Assembly (NCBI GenBank): GCA_003343885.1
Contig: QAKH01000059.1
Span: forward strand, 8,416-72,415
DNA length: 64,000 nt
Source: Clostridiales bacterium
GTDB taxonomy: Bacteria; Bacillota; Clostridia; Oscillospirales; CAG-382
Reading direction: 5' to 3'
Positions 1-11,300 of the stretch are shown here, piece after piece (the stretch's first letter is position 1; the number at the start of each line of letters is the position of its first letter). The position numbers and the translations under genes are program-made. The notes beneath the pieces are model-generated. The model saw nothing but the letters and a program-made list of their open reading frames with translations. It did not search any database and was not told the DNA's origin.

Positions 1-1
1 A

Positions 2-2011
2 AAGTATCAGTTCTCGGTGGACAAGCTTTTTCCTGATAAGACTCTTTCTCTTGCTAAGGGAGCGTGCGCATGCAACGGCTATAAAAAGGTTACGGACGAG
101 TCGTGGAGCGCAGTTGGAATAAATACAGCCCTTGCCCAGTTTGGTTACGATATCCATACGCCGTTATGTAAGATGAGTGATAAAGCGCTTAAAGTGCTGC
201 TGTACGGCGCGGGAGAAAAGCTAAAGTATTCTTACCGTGGGTATGCGCTGAATTTTGCCGGAATAATAACGGATATACAGCGCAGATATGAGCAGTGCGA
301 AAATAATCCCGAACAGCGTGAGTATTATGAACAGTTCATGGAAAACGTTGCTTGTCCTGCGTGTTCAGGAAAGCGTCTTAAAAAGGAATCTCTTGCGGTA
401 ACAGTAGGAGATTTGAATATATCGGAATGCTGTGAAATGTCTGTGAGCAATGCGCTGGAGTTTTTCAAAGACTTAAAGCTTGACAGTCAGAATGCGGTTA
501 TTGCTAAAGATATTTTAAAGGAAATAAGAGAACGGTTGGGCTTTTTGTGCAGTGTGGGACTTGAGTACCTGACGCTTTCAAGGCGCAGCGGCACTCTTTC
601 GGGCGGCGAAAGTCAAAGAATACGCTTGGCTACACAAATAGGCTCATCACTGATGGGAGTTTTGTATATACTTGACGAACCGAGCATAGGACTTCATCAG
701 CGTGATAACTCAAAGCTTATCGCGACGCTTAAAAAGCTGAGGGATCTCGGAAATACGCTTATCGTTGTCGAGCATGACGAGGAAACCATGCTTGAATCGG
801 ACTATATCATTGATATCGGACCGGGCGCCGGAATACACGGCGGAAAGGTCGTAGCGGCAGGAACCCCGGCGCAGGTTATGAAGCAAAAAGGTACTGCAAC
901 AGCTGATTTTCTTTCGGGAAGACGGAAAATTGCCGTGCCGGAAAAGAGAAGAACACATGAAAAAGGCTATCTTGAGGTGTTCGGAGCAAGGGAGCATAAC
1001 CTGAAAAATATAGACGTAAAAATTCCGCTCGGCGTGTTTACGTGTGTTACGGGCGTTTCCGGTTCGGGAAAAAGCTCGCTTGTAAACGGAATTATACTTC
1101 CGGCGCTTGCTCATGATCTTAACGGAGCGTATACAGTGCCGGGCAGCTACGATAAAATAAAGGGCACTGACAAGCTTGACAAAGTTATAAGCATTGACCA
1201 GTCGCCCATAGGACGTACTCCGCGCTCAAATCCGGCAACATATACCGGTCTGTTTACCGATATAAGAATACTATTTGCCTCTACCCAGGATGCCCAGATA
1301 CGATGCTTCAAACAGGACCGTTTTTCCTTTAACCTTAAAGGCGGAAGATGCGAGGCGTGCCAGGGAGACGGTACTCTTAAAATTGAAATGCACTTTTTGC
1401 CGGACGTTTACGTCACGTGCGATACCTGCCACGGCAAACGGTATAACAGAGAAACGCTCGAAGTAAAATACAAGGGCAAGAGCATATCTGACGTGCTTGA
1501 AATGACGGTAGACGAGGGCTGTGAGTTCTTTTCAAATATACCGAAAATTTATAAACGCCTTAAAACCATGCAGGAAGTCGGACTTGGCTATATAAAGATA
1601 GGTCAGTCCTCAACAACACTGTCCGGTGGCGAGGCTCAGAGAGTAAAATTGTCGGCGGAGCTTTCCAAAACCGGTACCGGAAACACTCTTTATATACTTG
1701 ACGAGCCGACAACGGGACTGCACAGCGCTGATGTTGAAAAACTGGTTGAGGTGCTCCAAAAGCTTGTAGACGCAGGAAACACGGTAGTCGTTATTGAGCA
1801 TAACCTCGATATGATAAAAACAGCGGATTATATCGTAGATCTTGGGCCTGAGGGGGGAGACGGCGGCGGAACGGTTGTTGCCTGCGGAACGCCGGAGCAG
1901 ATAGCTGAGTGTGAGAAGTCATATACCGGTGAATACCTTAAAAAATATCTGCCTTCTGAAAAGTCCGAACAAAAAAGCGTGCCGAAACGGCAAAGAAAGA
2001 CAGAAGTATAA
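2..2011 (+). CDS. uvrA: Excinuclease ABC subunit A, C-terminal part (5' end lies off-window)
   Basis: The frame is open to the window edge. Two ABC signature/Walker B pairs are present (LSGGESQRIRLA..LYILDEPSIGLH and LSGGEAQRVKLS..LYILDEPTTGLH), plus a Zn-finger CEACQGDG..CDTCHGKRY. Confidence 0.97.
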   Translation, partial: KYQFSVDKLFPDKTLSLAKGACACNGYKKVTDESWSAVGINTALAQFGYDIHTPLCKMSDKALKVLLYGAGEKLKYSYRGYALNFAGIITDIQRRYEQCENNPEQREYYEQFMENVACPACSGKRLKKESLAVTVGDLNISECCEMSVSNALEFFKDLKLDSQNAVIAKDILKEIRERLGFLCSVGLEYLTLSRRSGTLSGGESQRIRLATQIGSSLMGVLYILDEPSIGLHQRDNSKLIATLKKLRDLGNTLIVVEHDEETMLESDYIIDIGPGAGIHGGKVVAAGTPAQVMKQKGTATADFLSGRRKIAVPEKRRTHEKGYLEVFGAREHNLKNIDVKIPLGVFTCVTGVSGSGKSSLVNGIILPALAHDLNGAYTVPGSYDKIKGTDKLDKVISIDQSPIGRTPRSNPATYTGLFTDIRILFASTQDAQIRCFKQDRFSFNLKGGRCEACQGDGTLKIEMHFLPDVYVTCDTCHGKRYNRETLEVKYKGKSISDVLEMTVDEGCEFFSNIPKIYKRLKTMQEVGLGYIKIGQSSTTLSGGEAQRVKLSAELSKTGTGNTLYILDEPTTGLHSADVEKLVEVLQKLVDAGNTVVVIEHNLDMIKTADYIVDLGPEGGDGGGTVVACGTPEQIAECEKSYTGEYLKKYLPSEKSEQKSVPKRQRKTEV

Positions 2012-2053
2012 CAGCAATAAACTCAAATAAGTAAAATAGCAAAAAGCAAAAAC

Positions 2054-2095
2054 AACGGCGGAATCGTTTTTGAAGCGACTCCGCCGTTTTGTATT
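2054..2095. terminator. Bidirectional intrinsic terminator between convergent uvrA and the 2133-2762 gene
   Basis: A 9-bp stem aacggcgga (2054-2062) pairs with tccgccgtt (2080-2088). It is flanked by an A-run upstream and a T-run downstream. Confidence 0.7.
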
Positions 2096-2132
2096 GTTTT
2101 GTTATTTTTTTGATAACCTTTATTGTTTTTTA

Positions 2133-2762
2133 CTATTTGTTTTTTACTTTGCAGATTAACTGCGTCATTGTTCCCATAGGACAGTAAACGCACCACGAAC
2201 GAGGCTTGAAGAGAAGCATTGTAATAAAGCCGAGAATGGTGGAAGTTAACATAATGCTGTAAAAACCAAACGCGAATTGAGCAGTCCACGGAATAAAGCC
2301 GCCGCCGTATGCCCAGTCCCACGGAAGCTTGAATGTCCATAGCAGCGTAACCTTTTCAGAAAGAGAACCGGCTCCGGAAAAAACTAAATATGTATTGAAA
2401 ATCATAACGAAAAACATAGCCAAGAAAAATATGAGAAAACCGTACCGGAAATACTTTGAACGAAGAAAAGACGGAACATCTTTTTTTCTCGACAAACCGA
2501 ATCTGCCGCCGATAAGGGAAAACAACTGCCCTCTGCCGCAGTACTTTCCGCAGTATGCCTTATTTCCGGCAATTGCCGATATGGCGAGCGGAATGAAAAA
2601 GCAGGCGAGTCCAAGCCATGCGAACATGATGTTAAAGAATCCGAGTATGAGATAAATCAAGGAGGCAATCCAAAGATAGTCGTACCGGTGTTTGTTTTTT
2701 GACTTCTTTTTTGAAGCACTGACGCTTGAAGCTTTATTGTTTGGAACTCTGTTATTCTCCAT
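2133..2762 (-). CDS. Polytopic membrane protein with cysteine motifs of the NapH/Fer4_5-like 4Fe-4S-binding type
   Basis: The 209-aa protein has several hydrophobic segments and the motifs YCGKYCGRG and WCVYCPMG (CxxCP-type). It overlaps the upstream ferredoxin gene by 11 nt. Confidence 0.6.
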   Translation of the reverse strand: MENNRVPNNKASSVSASKKKSKNKHRYDYLWIASLIYLILGFFNIMFAWLGLACFFIPLAISAIAGNKAYCGKYCGRGQLFSLIGGRFGLSRKKDVPSFLRSKYFRYGFLIFFLAMFFVMIFNTYLVFSGAGSLSEKVTLLWTFKLPWDWAYGGGFIPWTAQFAFGFYSIMLTSTILGFITMLLFKPRSWCVYCPMGTMTQLICKVKNK

Positions 2763-2952
2763 CTGATATGACCTCCACTTTTATCACCGATGCCGGACAT
2801 TCTTTTGCACATATGCCGCAGCCTACGCAGGCTGATAAATCAACTACGGCAAAAATTCCTTTCGGAACGGAAACAGCAGCTTTGGGACATACTTTGGCAC
2901 AGCATCCGCACCCTACGCAAAGAGCCGTGTTGACGATAGCTTTTCTTTTCAT
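2752..2952 (-). CDS. 2x[4Fe-4S] ferredoxin
   Basis: The 66-aa protein carries two CxxCxxCxxxCP motifs (CVGCGCCAKVCP and CVGCGICAKECP). Confidence 0.9.
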   Translation of the reverse strand: MKRKAIVNTALCVGCGCCAKVCPKAAVSVPKGIFAVVDLSACVGCGICAKECPASVIKVEVISDGE

Positions 2953-3045
2953 AAATTCTCTCCTTAAGTTTGTTTACTTAAGTATACAAGAAAAATCAGA
3001 AAAAATACGTGACGAAGTCACACTTTGAAAAATTATAATGTGAAA

Positions 3046-3612
3046 TTATAATCCGAAAGCGTATCCGGCACCTATTCCGACAGCGGCGGACAGGCAGATT
3101 ATAAGTATGGGATTAACTTTTTTGATGATAAAGACAAGCATGACGGAAAAAATCACTAATGAAATGTAAGTGGATATGTCGCCGAAAATATTCAGTGTTA
3201 CTCCGTTAGGGAAAAATACGGTTTTAGCTATTGAAATGACAGATGACGCTATAAGTCCGATGACCGCCGGCCTTAGTCCGGACATGCAGCCTAAAACGAT
3301 CCTGTTGCTCTTAAATTTGTCAAAGAATTTTGCAATAACAAGTATTACCGCAAAAGCCGGTATCACAACGCCGAGCGTTGCGCAAAAAGCACCGAAAAGA
3401 CCTCCTGCCTGCATGCCGACGTACGTCGAAATGTTTACAGCAAAGGGACCGGGTGTGCTTTCACTGACCGCAATAAAGTTGACGATCTCTTGTTCTGTTA
3501 ACCAGCCGTGAGAAATGACCTCGTCCTCAATCAGAGGAAGCATGGCGTATCCGCCGCCGAAAGTAAAAGCGCCTACCTTCAAAAATGTCCAGAATAATAT
3601 CAAATATATCAT
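3046..3612 (-). CDS. Chromate transporter (ChrA/CHR family) half-size subunit
   Basis: The N-terminal motif is FTFGGGYAMLPLI and the protein is polytopic and hydrophobic. It overlaps its partner gene by 4 nt. Confidence 0.85.
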   Translation of the reverse strand: MIYLILFWTFLKVGAFTFGGGYAMLPLIEDEVISHGWLTEQEIVNFIAVSESTPGPFAVNISTYVGMQAGGLFGAFCATLGVVIPAFAVILVIAKFFDKFKSNRIVLGCMSGLRPAVIGLIASSVISIAKTVFFPNGVTLNIFGDISTYISLVIFSVMLVFIIKKVNPILIICLSAAVGIGAGYAFGL

Positions 3613-4196
3613 TTTTTTGCCTCCTCACGCATTGCAAGCGACACTATAAGTCCGGTAAGCGCCGACAACGGTACAAGTATCAGCACGTTTACCCCAAACA
3701 CGGCCGCACACAAGAATACTGCGCACATGATGATGTAAGACAGTATTCCTTTCGGACATTGACGGAACATGGAGTGCAAAGCTTTGAGTATAAGAGCCAA
3801 AATTCCGGCACGTATTCCGAAAAAGGCGTACTTTACTGCTTTTATCTGCTCGAATTCACGCAAAACCACTGAAATCAGCGATATGATTACGAAAGAAGGA
3901 AGAACTACTCCTGTGGTAGCGGCAATAGCTCCCGTAAGCCCGTGAATTCTGAAACCTACAAATGTCGCGGATTTTACAGCGATAGGACCTGGGGAAGATT
4001 CGGAAATGGCTACAATGTCAAGAAAGTCCTTTTCTTTTATCCAGTCTCTTTTTTCGGAAAGTTCTTTTTGAATAAGTGGAATCATAGCGTATCCGCCGCC
4101 GAAAGTGAAAGCGCCGATTTTCAAAAAAACGGTGAAAAGAGTAAACAGCATTTTTGCGTGGGAAGCGCTTTGCACGTCACCTTTTTGATGTTTCAT
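3609..4196 (-). CDS. Chromate transporter (ChrA/CHR family) half-size subunit
   Basis: The protein has the motifs FTFGGGYAMIPLI and ISESSPGP and forms a pair with 3046-3612. Confidence 0.85.
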   Translation of the reverse strand: MKHQKGDVQSASHAKMLFTLFTVFLKIGAFTFGGGYAMIPLIQKELSEKRDWIKEKDFLDIVAISESSPGPIAVKSATFVGFRIHGLTGAIAATTGVVLPSFVIISLISVVLREFEQIKAVKYAFFGIRAGILALILKALHSMFRQCPKGILSYIIMCAVFLCAAVFGVNVLILVPLSALTGLIVSLAMREEAKK

Positions 4197-4317
4197 TACG
4201 TATTCTCCTTAAAAATATTAACATTTTTACACATTTATTATATGCCGTTAACTGAAATAAGTAAATTTATATGTTATTATGAAAAACATAACCAAAAAGT
4301 TATGAAAGAGGAAGAAA

Positions 4318-5202
4318 ATGACATTAAGACATCTTGAGATATTTAAATGCGTGTGTGAGTCAGGAAGTATAACAGGGGCGGCAGCTCAGCTTAATATGAC
4401 GCAACCAGCTGTAAGCAAAGCCATAAAGGAGCTTGAGAGTTTTTATTCGGTAGAGTTGTTTGAACGTATACGAAAGCGCATATATATAACCGAGTCGGGA
4501 GCAATGTTAAAAAAATATGCAGACAGTGTGGTTAACTCTTACGAGGAGTCGGTAGCGCTGTTAAGAGATAAAAATCATACTAAAAACTGCCGTCTCGGCG
4601 TAAATGTGTCGTTTGCCGAAATGTATATTCCGCAAATAATGGATAACGTACACGGGAAATATGCGGATATTGATTTGAGAGTAGTTGTAGACAACACAAG
4701 CGGAATAGAAAAAAAGCTGTTTGATAATGACATAGATTTTGCGGTTGCCGACGGTTTTACGAATTTACGGTACTTTGAAGCGCAGAGTCTTATGACAGAA
4801 CACATGGTTGTTGTTTGTTCAAAAAATATATGTCGGAAAAAATCGATGAGCCTTGGCGAACTTGCCTGTCAGCCGCTTTTGCTGAGAGAAAAAGGCAGCA
4901 GCTGCCGTTATATGATTGAAAGCCGCTTTGCGCAAAAAGGACTAAGTGTTGTTCCTAAGGTTGAAAGCGTCAGTTCGCTAAGTCTCTTGAAACTTGTCGA
5001 AAGCGGAGCAGGGTACGGAATATTTCCACGGTGTATTGTTGCTGAGAATATAGAAAATAATACGTTTATCGAGATTGATTTGGACGACTGTGACTTTTCA
5101 AGATGTTTTGAACTGATATTCCAAAAGGGAAAGAGTATGACGCCGGCATTTGAGGCGGTTTTGACTGAGATTAAGGAGTATTGCGCGAATACGAGCAATT
5201 AG
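4318..5202 (+). CDS. LysR-family transcriptional regulator
   Basis: The N-terminal wHTH reads MTLRHLEIFKCVCESGSITGAAAQLNMTQPAVSKAIKELE, and the length (294 aa) is typical. It is divergent from the ChrA pair. Confidence 0.9.
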   Translation: MTLRHLEIFKCVCESGSITGAAAQLNMTQPAVSKAIKELESFYSVELFERIRKRIYITESGAMLKKYADSVVNSYEESVALLRDKNHTKNCRLGVNVSFAEMYIPQIMDNVHGKYADIDLRVVVDNTSGIEKKLFDNDIDFAVADGFTNLRYFEAQSLMTEHMVVVCSKNICRKKSMSLGELACQPLLLREKGSSCRYMIESRFAQKGLSVVPKVESVSSLSLLKLVESGAGYGIFPRCIVAENIENNTFIEIDLDDCDFSRCFELIFQKGKSMTPAFEAVLTEIKEYCANTSN

Positions 5203-5301
5203 TGTTTACTTTTTAACTAAAACACTGAACATTTTGCACTTACATAATGAAACCAACCGACTGCCCCAAAAGACAGCCGGTTGATTTTATTATTAAAATT
5301 T

Positions 5302-8300
5302 TCAAATTCCCTCAACATCGACAACATGCTTTCCGGAAGATAACTCAATACGGTGCGATGCTTGTTCCGTACCGTCAAGCAAAAGCCTTTCGGTACCGGT
5401 TTTGTTATAGTTGACAGTTAAATGCAGATTTCGCTCAGGAAACTCAAGAGATATTTCAAAGTGCGATCCTATAATAAACGGAGCCCGAAACGCACTCGGC
5501 ATAAATGTTATATCCATGGTTGTTCCGGCTTTTCCGAGAGTTCCGGTAAGCGTTATTCCGAATAAGCAGTTTAGTACTGCACGCCACAGCCAGGAGGCGG
5601 AACCTGTGTACCAGCTCCAACCGCCGCGTCCGGGATTGTCGCCGGCGTATATATCGCCGCAAAGAACATATGGCTCGCATTTGTATATTTCAAAAGCCTG
5701 CCTGTCAATGCATCTGTACGCCGGCAGTAAATTTATAAGCGCGTGAACTCCGTCCGATAACATTTTACGTGCATTACTGTCGTTCGGCGAATCTTTAAGG
5801 ACGTTGCAGCTTGAAATTATCATCGCCATACAGCCCCATACAGCGCCATGCGTGTATTGACCGCCGTTTTCCCGTATCCCGGGCGCATATCCCTTGATGT
5901 ACCCGGGATTTTTTGCACACGCCGAGAAAGGCGGTGACAGAAGTTTGAATATTTTCGCATCACTGTCATATAACTTTTCGTAAGCATTGCGAATTGCACT
6001 GAAACTCATTGCCGGGGGAAGACCTGCGAAAACAGAAAATGCCTGCGATATAAGCTCTATATTGCATTCGTCACTTGCCTGCGAACCGATAGGCGTTCCG
6101 TCGTCGTACCATGCACGGAGGAAATATCCTGCACTTTGATCATATGCGTGTTTTTTGATATTCTCGGCAAGTTTTGCAGATTTTTGAGAAAATTTGTCAC
6201 AGTATTCGGATTTTTTCTCATCTCCCGAAAAAACGTCACAGAACATATCCGTAACAAATTTTAAAAACATGCTGAGCCATACGCTTTCTCCGCGCATGCC
6301 GCTCCCTGCTTTGTTAAGACCGTCGCACCAGTCGCCGCTTCCGAGAAGAGCAAGCCCTTTTGCTCCGGTACGCAAATAAGCCCGTTCAAGCGCACGTACA
6401 CAGTGCATAAAAATGCTTTCGCTAAAGTCTGTTTTGTACGCTGAAACATACTTTTCACTTTCGCCGTTTTCCAAAGGCTCGGACGTCACATATTTCACCA
6501 TTATATCGGCAAGTCCGTTGTCTCCGGTAAATTTGATATACTCGCATACCGCGTAAACCAAGAACAAATAGTCGTCACTGCATTCGGAGCGGATTCCTCT
6601 GTGAAATACCTTTTGGGTAGCTGTGCTTTCCGCATTTCCGCAAGGCACACACTGATGCCACCAGTGAAGAGCGCTTCCGTCCTCAAATTGATGAGCTGCG
6701 CTCCTTATTATGTGCGTTTTTGCCTCGGCGGCGTCTGCGTACATAAGCGTCAATGCATCCTGAAGCTGATCCCTGAAACCGTATGCGCCGCCTGACTGAT
6801 AAAATCCGCTGCGTGCTCTCATACGGCATATTCCGTTCTGATAGGGAAGCCAGAAATTGAATAAGTGGCATAAGGATTTACCTACATCGGAAGATGCGTC
6901 CGATTTAACGCTTATTTTCGGAACTACGTGACCGGCAAAATTCTCGGCGCTTATTAAAAGGTTATTACAGTCGGCTGAAATATTTTTTGAGATATAATCA
7001 AAAATATTATTCAAATCAGCTGTTCCGCTCTTATAGCAGCCGAGGATAAAACGTGCATATCTTTGCCGTCCTGAGCTCATTTTGCATAATACGTGACCTG
7101 CAAAAAGACCGGACTCGGGAAACTCGTAAGAAACATCTTTGCCGATACCCTTAAGAAAACCGGTATAATTCGAAAAATATTCCGAGTATTCGTTTATAAA
7201 CTCTGCCCGTTCTTCTCGTTCGTACAGTTTGCAAAGACGGTTTTCTTCATTTTTTTCACCCATGACAGGTTTGAGCGCAAACGTGAATGACGCTTCTTTG
7301 CCGCCGGTGTCAATGTCAAAGATTTTTACGGGAAGTTTTTCGGGTATATATACTCTCACAGAATATTTTATGCCGTCGCATGTTCCGTGATATTCGGCAA
7401 ATCCCCTCCCGTAAATTACTTTTTCCGAGACAGCGGCAAGGTCAAACATTTTTTCTCCGCTCACAAGAAAAATCCTTTCTCCGCTCATGTCATCCGTCGG
7501 ATCATTTTCAAACGGAGAAATCCTCTTTAATACCGAATTTGTGCCAAACGTGTACCCGAAAGAGTTCTGGGTGATGACAGTAGATAACATTCTTCCGCTT
7601 AGTACCATGCTTTGCACAACGGCAAACGGCTTATCTTTAAGAACGACATATGAGCTGTTCGGCTCAAAATATCCGTTTCCGGAATACAGGTCTTTGTGAC
7701 TTTCGGAAGCATGCGTTGTTTCAGAAATGTTCGGTTTCACAATAATGTCAGCATTCACATTGTTTTTCTGATTATTATTCTCAATAAACTGATTGTTGTA
7801 AACATTCCGCGTCGTGTCCGCGGCGTCAAATATTCCGTAAGAATATGCTAAAAGCGCTTTTGCGTTGTCGGACAGATTGTTCCTGTCAACAACAAAAATT
7901 CCTCCGCCATGCTTTTTTAAATATTCCGAAGCACCGCACTTTTCAAGGATTGAAAGTACCGCATTTTCACACGGCCTGCGGTATTTTTCGCTGTCTTTGT
8001 ATAAAAGAGCCATGTCGAAAGATATTTTTTTCTTTTTCAGAAGGACAAAAGCCTTTATGAAAATTTCAGCACGCTTTGCAGCCTTGGCGCTTGGAATTTC
8101 AACGGTAATAAGAGGAAGATCTCCGGATATTCCGCTTTCCCATAAACAGCCTTTCGAGCTACGTTCTGCGTTTGACGTTTGACTTTCGGATTCCGGAAGA
8201 TATTTTTCCGGAAACATTATTTTTGAACATATTTCAGATACAATTGCCGCCGCATTTCGTTCGGTAAAAAGACCGCTTCCCATAAGAAGCAGAGTTTCAA

Positions 8301-11300
8301 GGTTTTCGGCTTTTTCAATATTTTCGCTCTTGTTTGCCGCACGGGCGTTTTCTAATTTTTCGGTCGCTTCTTTCTCACTTTGTGATACGCATAAGAAAAG
8401 TCGGCAGGAACATCTCATTTCCCGTGAAAATGCAAGTTCGGTACGGATAAGGCAAAACGGGGAAACACAAGCTCCCGTTTTATTGTCAAGTTCGGACTCA
8501 AAAACAGTGTTGTAGTCCGATACAGAGAAAGGAGTGCGGAATAAGTCCTGCTTTTTCGTACAAAATTCCATTCCGGCGTTTTTGTTTTCAAATCCGACGG
8601 CTAAAAATACGGGCTTTTCGGTATCCTCATCGCGAACGCGTTTCTCAAAAATGAGCGCCTTTGCCGATTTGTCATAGCGGCTTACGATAAACAAGGAATT
8701 GAATGCCGGATGTGAGGCGAAAGCCGCTTCATTCATCATTACCGGCTCAAAGCAAAATGCGGTTTTTAAAGTTGAATTTCTTATACCCGGATTGTTTTTG
8801 CGCCGTGCAGTGAAATTAACCGAAACAGATGAATTATCAGCCATAAGGGAATATGATGTTTTAGCTTTTATAGAATCATTTTCAAAAACGTGTGAGAAAG
8901 CACCTCCCGAATATTCAAACGAGTATTTTCCGGCATTGCTTTCGAAAGGAAGAACGGACGGAGAGTAAATCAGGTTATCGTATTTGAAAAAAGTGAAAAA
9001 TCCCTTTTTTACATTTTCATATTTTTTGTCGCACGCATTTATGATTTTGTTTCCAAAATACATCTTTACGCTGCCGAGACTGCTGCCCATAACTCCCGCA
9101 AAGCCGTCAGATATAACCCTGCAAAACGGATCCTCGCCTTTTTGGGCGCCCATACTGATATACTTTTTCTCGGGAAACCTGCAAGGCTTTCCATGCTGTT
9201 CACCGGTTTTACGTATTTTCCGTACAACGGCGTCTACCGGTATTTTTTCTTCTAAAAATTCATGCGCCGAACGCATTCTTGCATCGTTCATGAACCGCTT
9301 TACCGTTATATTGTCAAAGCAAGCGTTAGCGCACGCAATAAAACTCATGCCGACATGATGCGACATGTAGCTTTTGACAGGTGCACCTGCGCCGGCGCTG
9401 CGTCCGGGAGTAAAGTCACATGCTTCGTAAAAACCGTATTTTCCGTATAAACCCGACATCGAGAGCTTTTTTAAATTTGCGAGGGGAAGAGTATGATTGA
9501 GGCAGAGCGCGAGAAAAGAGGAATAAGGCGATATGACAAGATCGTTTTCAAGCCCTCTTTTTAAACCCAGCTCAGGAATTCCGAAGGCACGGTATCTGTA
9601 ATTCATGTCGCTGTCAAAAGCAAAGTAACCGCTCTCGGAAATTCCCCATACTTTGTATCCTTTATCAGTCAGCGCATACCGCTGTCTTTGACAGTAAAAC
9701 GCAAAGCGAAGCGCCTCGTACATAAGCGAACCTTTGACGGTAGGCAGAAACAGAGCCGGCATGAAATACTCAAACGCCGTTCCCGTCCATGAGGCAACTC
9801 CTATGCGGTCAGCCTTTTTTACAAGAGGTCTTGAAAGCTTTGCCCAGTGCTTTTTCGGTACTTCACGCTTCGCAAGCGCAATATAGCTTAGCGTGCGGGC
9901 TTCACTCATGAGCATGTCGTAGTCGTTGCCGCCCGAAACAATTGCGTTTCCGTTTTCGTCAACAGGAACGCCGATGAGAAACCTGTCGGTGTTTTTGTTG
10001 TAAATAGCGGAAAGGTCAGTTTCTTCAAACAAATTTTCAATTCTCCTGCACACAGAGATAAATTCCGTTTTCTCATGAATATACTGCTTGACGCCCTCTT
10101 TGAGAACTATAAGACAAGCGAGGAAATTCCCGCTGTCAACACTTGAAATATACTTCGGCTCCAAAAGAGAAAGACTGCACGTGTCATACCAGTTGTATAG
10201 ATGCCCTTTCCATTTTTTCATTTTTTCAATAGAGGTTAAAGTGTTGTCAAGACGTGCGTACAGATTTTCCGAGTCGATAAAGCCGAAATCTCTTGCGCAA
10301 AGTGCGCAGACAAGATAAAGTCCGATATTTGTAGGAGAAGTTCGGTGAGCGTAAATATCACAGGGAAAAAGCTGCAGATTGTCTATCGGCAGAAAGCTGT
10401 CGTCGGGACCGACAGTGTTTTCAAAGTAGCGCCACATGTCGCCGGCATATTTTTTAAGCTTTGAGACAGCAGTGCGGTCCTTGGCAGATACATTATCCTT
10501 CGCCGTGTTTTCTCCGGATAAGAAATATAGGATTGCCGGTGTGAAAAACCAAGTGAGTCCGATGAGCTTTAAAAAACCGTCAGGGGAAAAGATGAAAATA
10601 CAAACGCCAAGAGCTGCCGTAATAAGATTTTTTTGAACGTAGTACAGCAGCCCTGCGTCTGAGGCTGCGTCAGACTGCGCCGCCGTTACCCATTCGAGAA
10701 GCCGCTTTTTTGAAACAAGCATACGCCATAAGCTTCTTAAAATTGCGTCGAGCGTTACAAAGGCGTTTTTCGGAAGTGTAGCGACAGAAATAAACGCTCT
10801 TGACAGACTTTGCCATATGCCGCCTGTTACTCCTTTTGAGAAAAAACGGCGTGCGGCACACTGGAATCCGAGCGTTCTTACAAGCTCCCACGTATCAAAA
10901 ATCAACGGTAAAACATACGGAATCAGAGAAAAAAATATCAAAACAGAGCGCAAACCTTGCGGCGTAAAGCTTGCCGCTAAAAGGCAGGCAAAAGAAAAAA
11001 TCGGAGTAATTTCTCTTCTTACGTTGTCAAAAAGTTTGTATTTTGATAAAGGCGAAATATTGTTTTTGACCTTTTTTTTCGAGGCGTTTGTGAAATTACC
11101 GAGAATAAAGGCAAGGTTCTGTATGTCGCCTCGTACCCAGCGGTGATGCCGCTTAAAGTACGAAAGCGCATTTTTCGGAAAACCGTCCGTAACCTCAAGA
11201 TCGCTTATAAGGGCGGCGCGCAGTCTTGAGCCTTCAAGAATATCGTGGCTTAAAACCGAATCATTTGGAAACTCAGTCTCTTTACAGTTAATTACATTTT

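Noticed and set aside
710-1801. Three ORFs inside uvrA: antisense 710-1114 and 1610-1801, and out-of-frame sense-strand 1275-1466.
   Set aside because: They are shadow ORFs within a gene of certain identity.
4197-4317. A possible shared operator between the two ChrA-pair upstream regions (TGTAAAAATGTTA here and TGTAAAATATTGTTA near 52813-52827).
   Set aside because: The similarity is short, AT-rich and imperfect, so I cannot distinguish it from chance without statistics or orthologue comparison.
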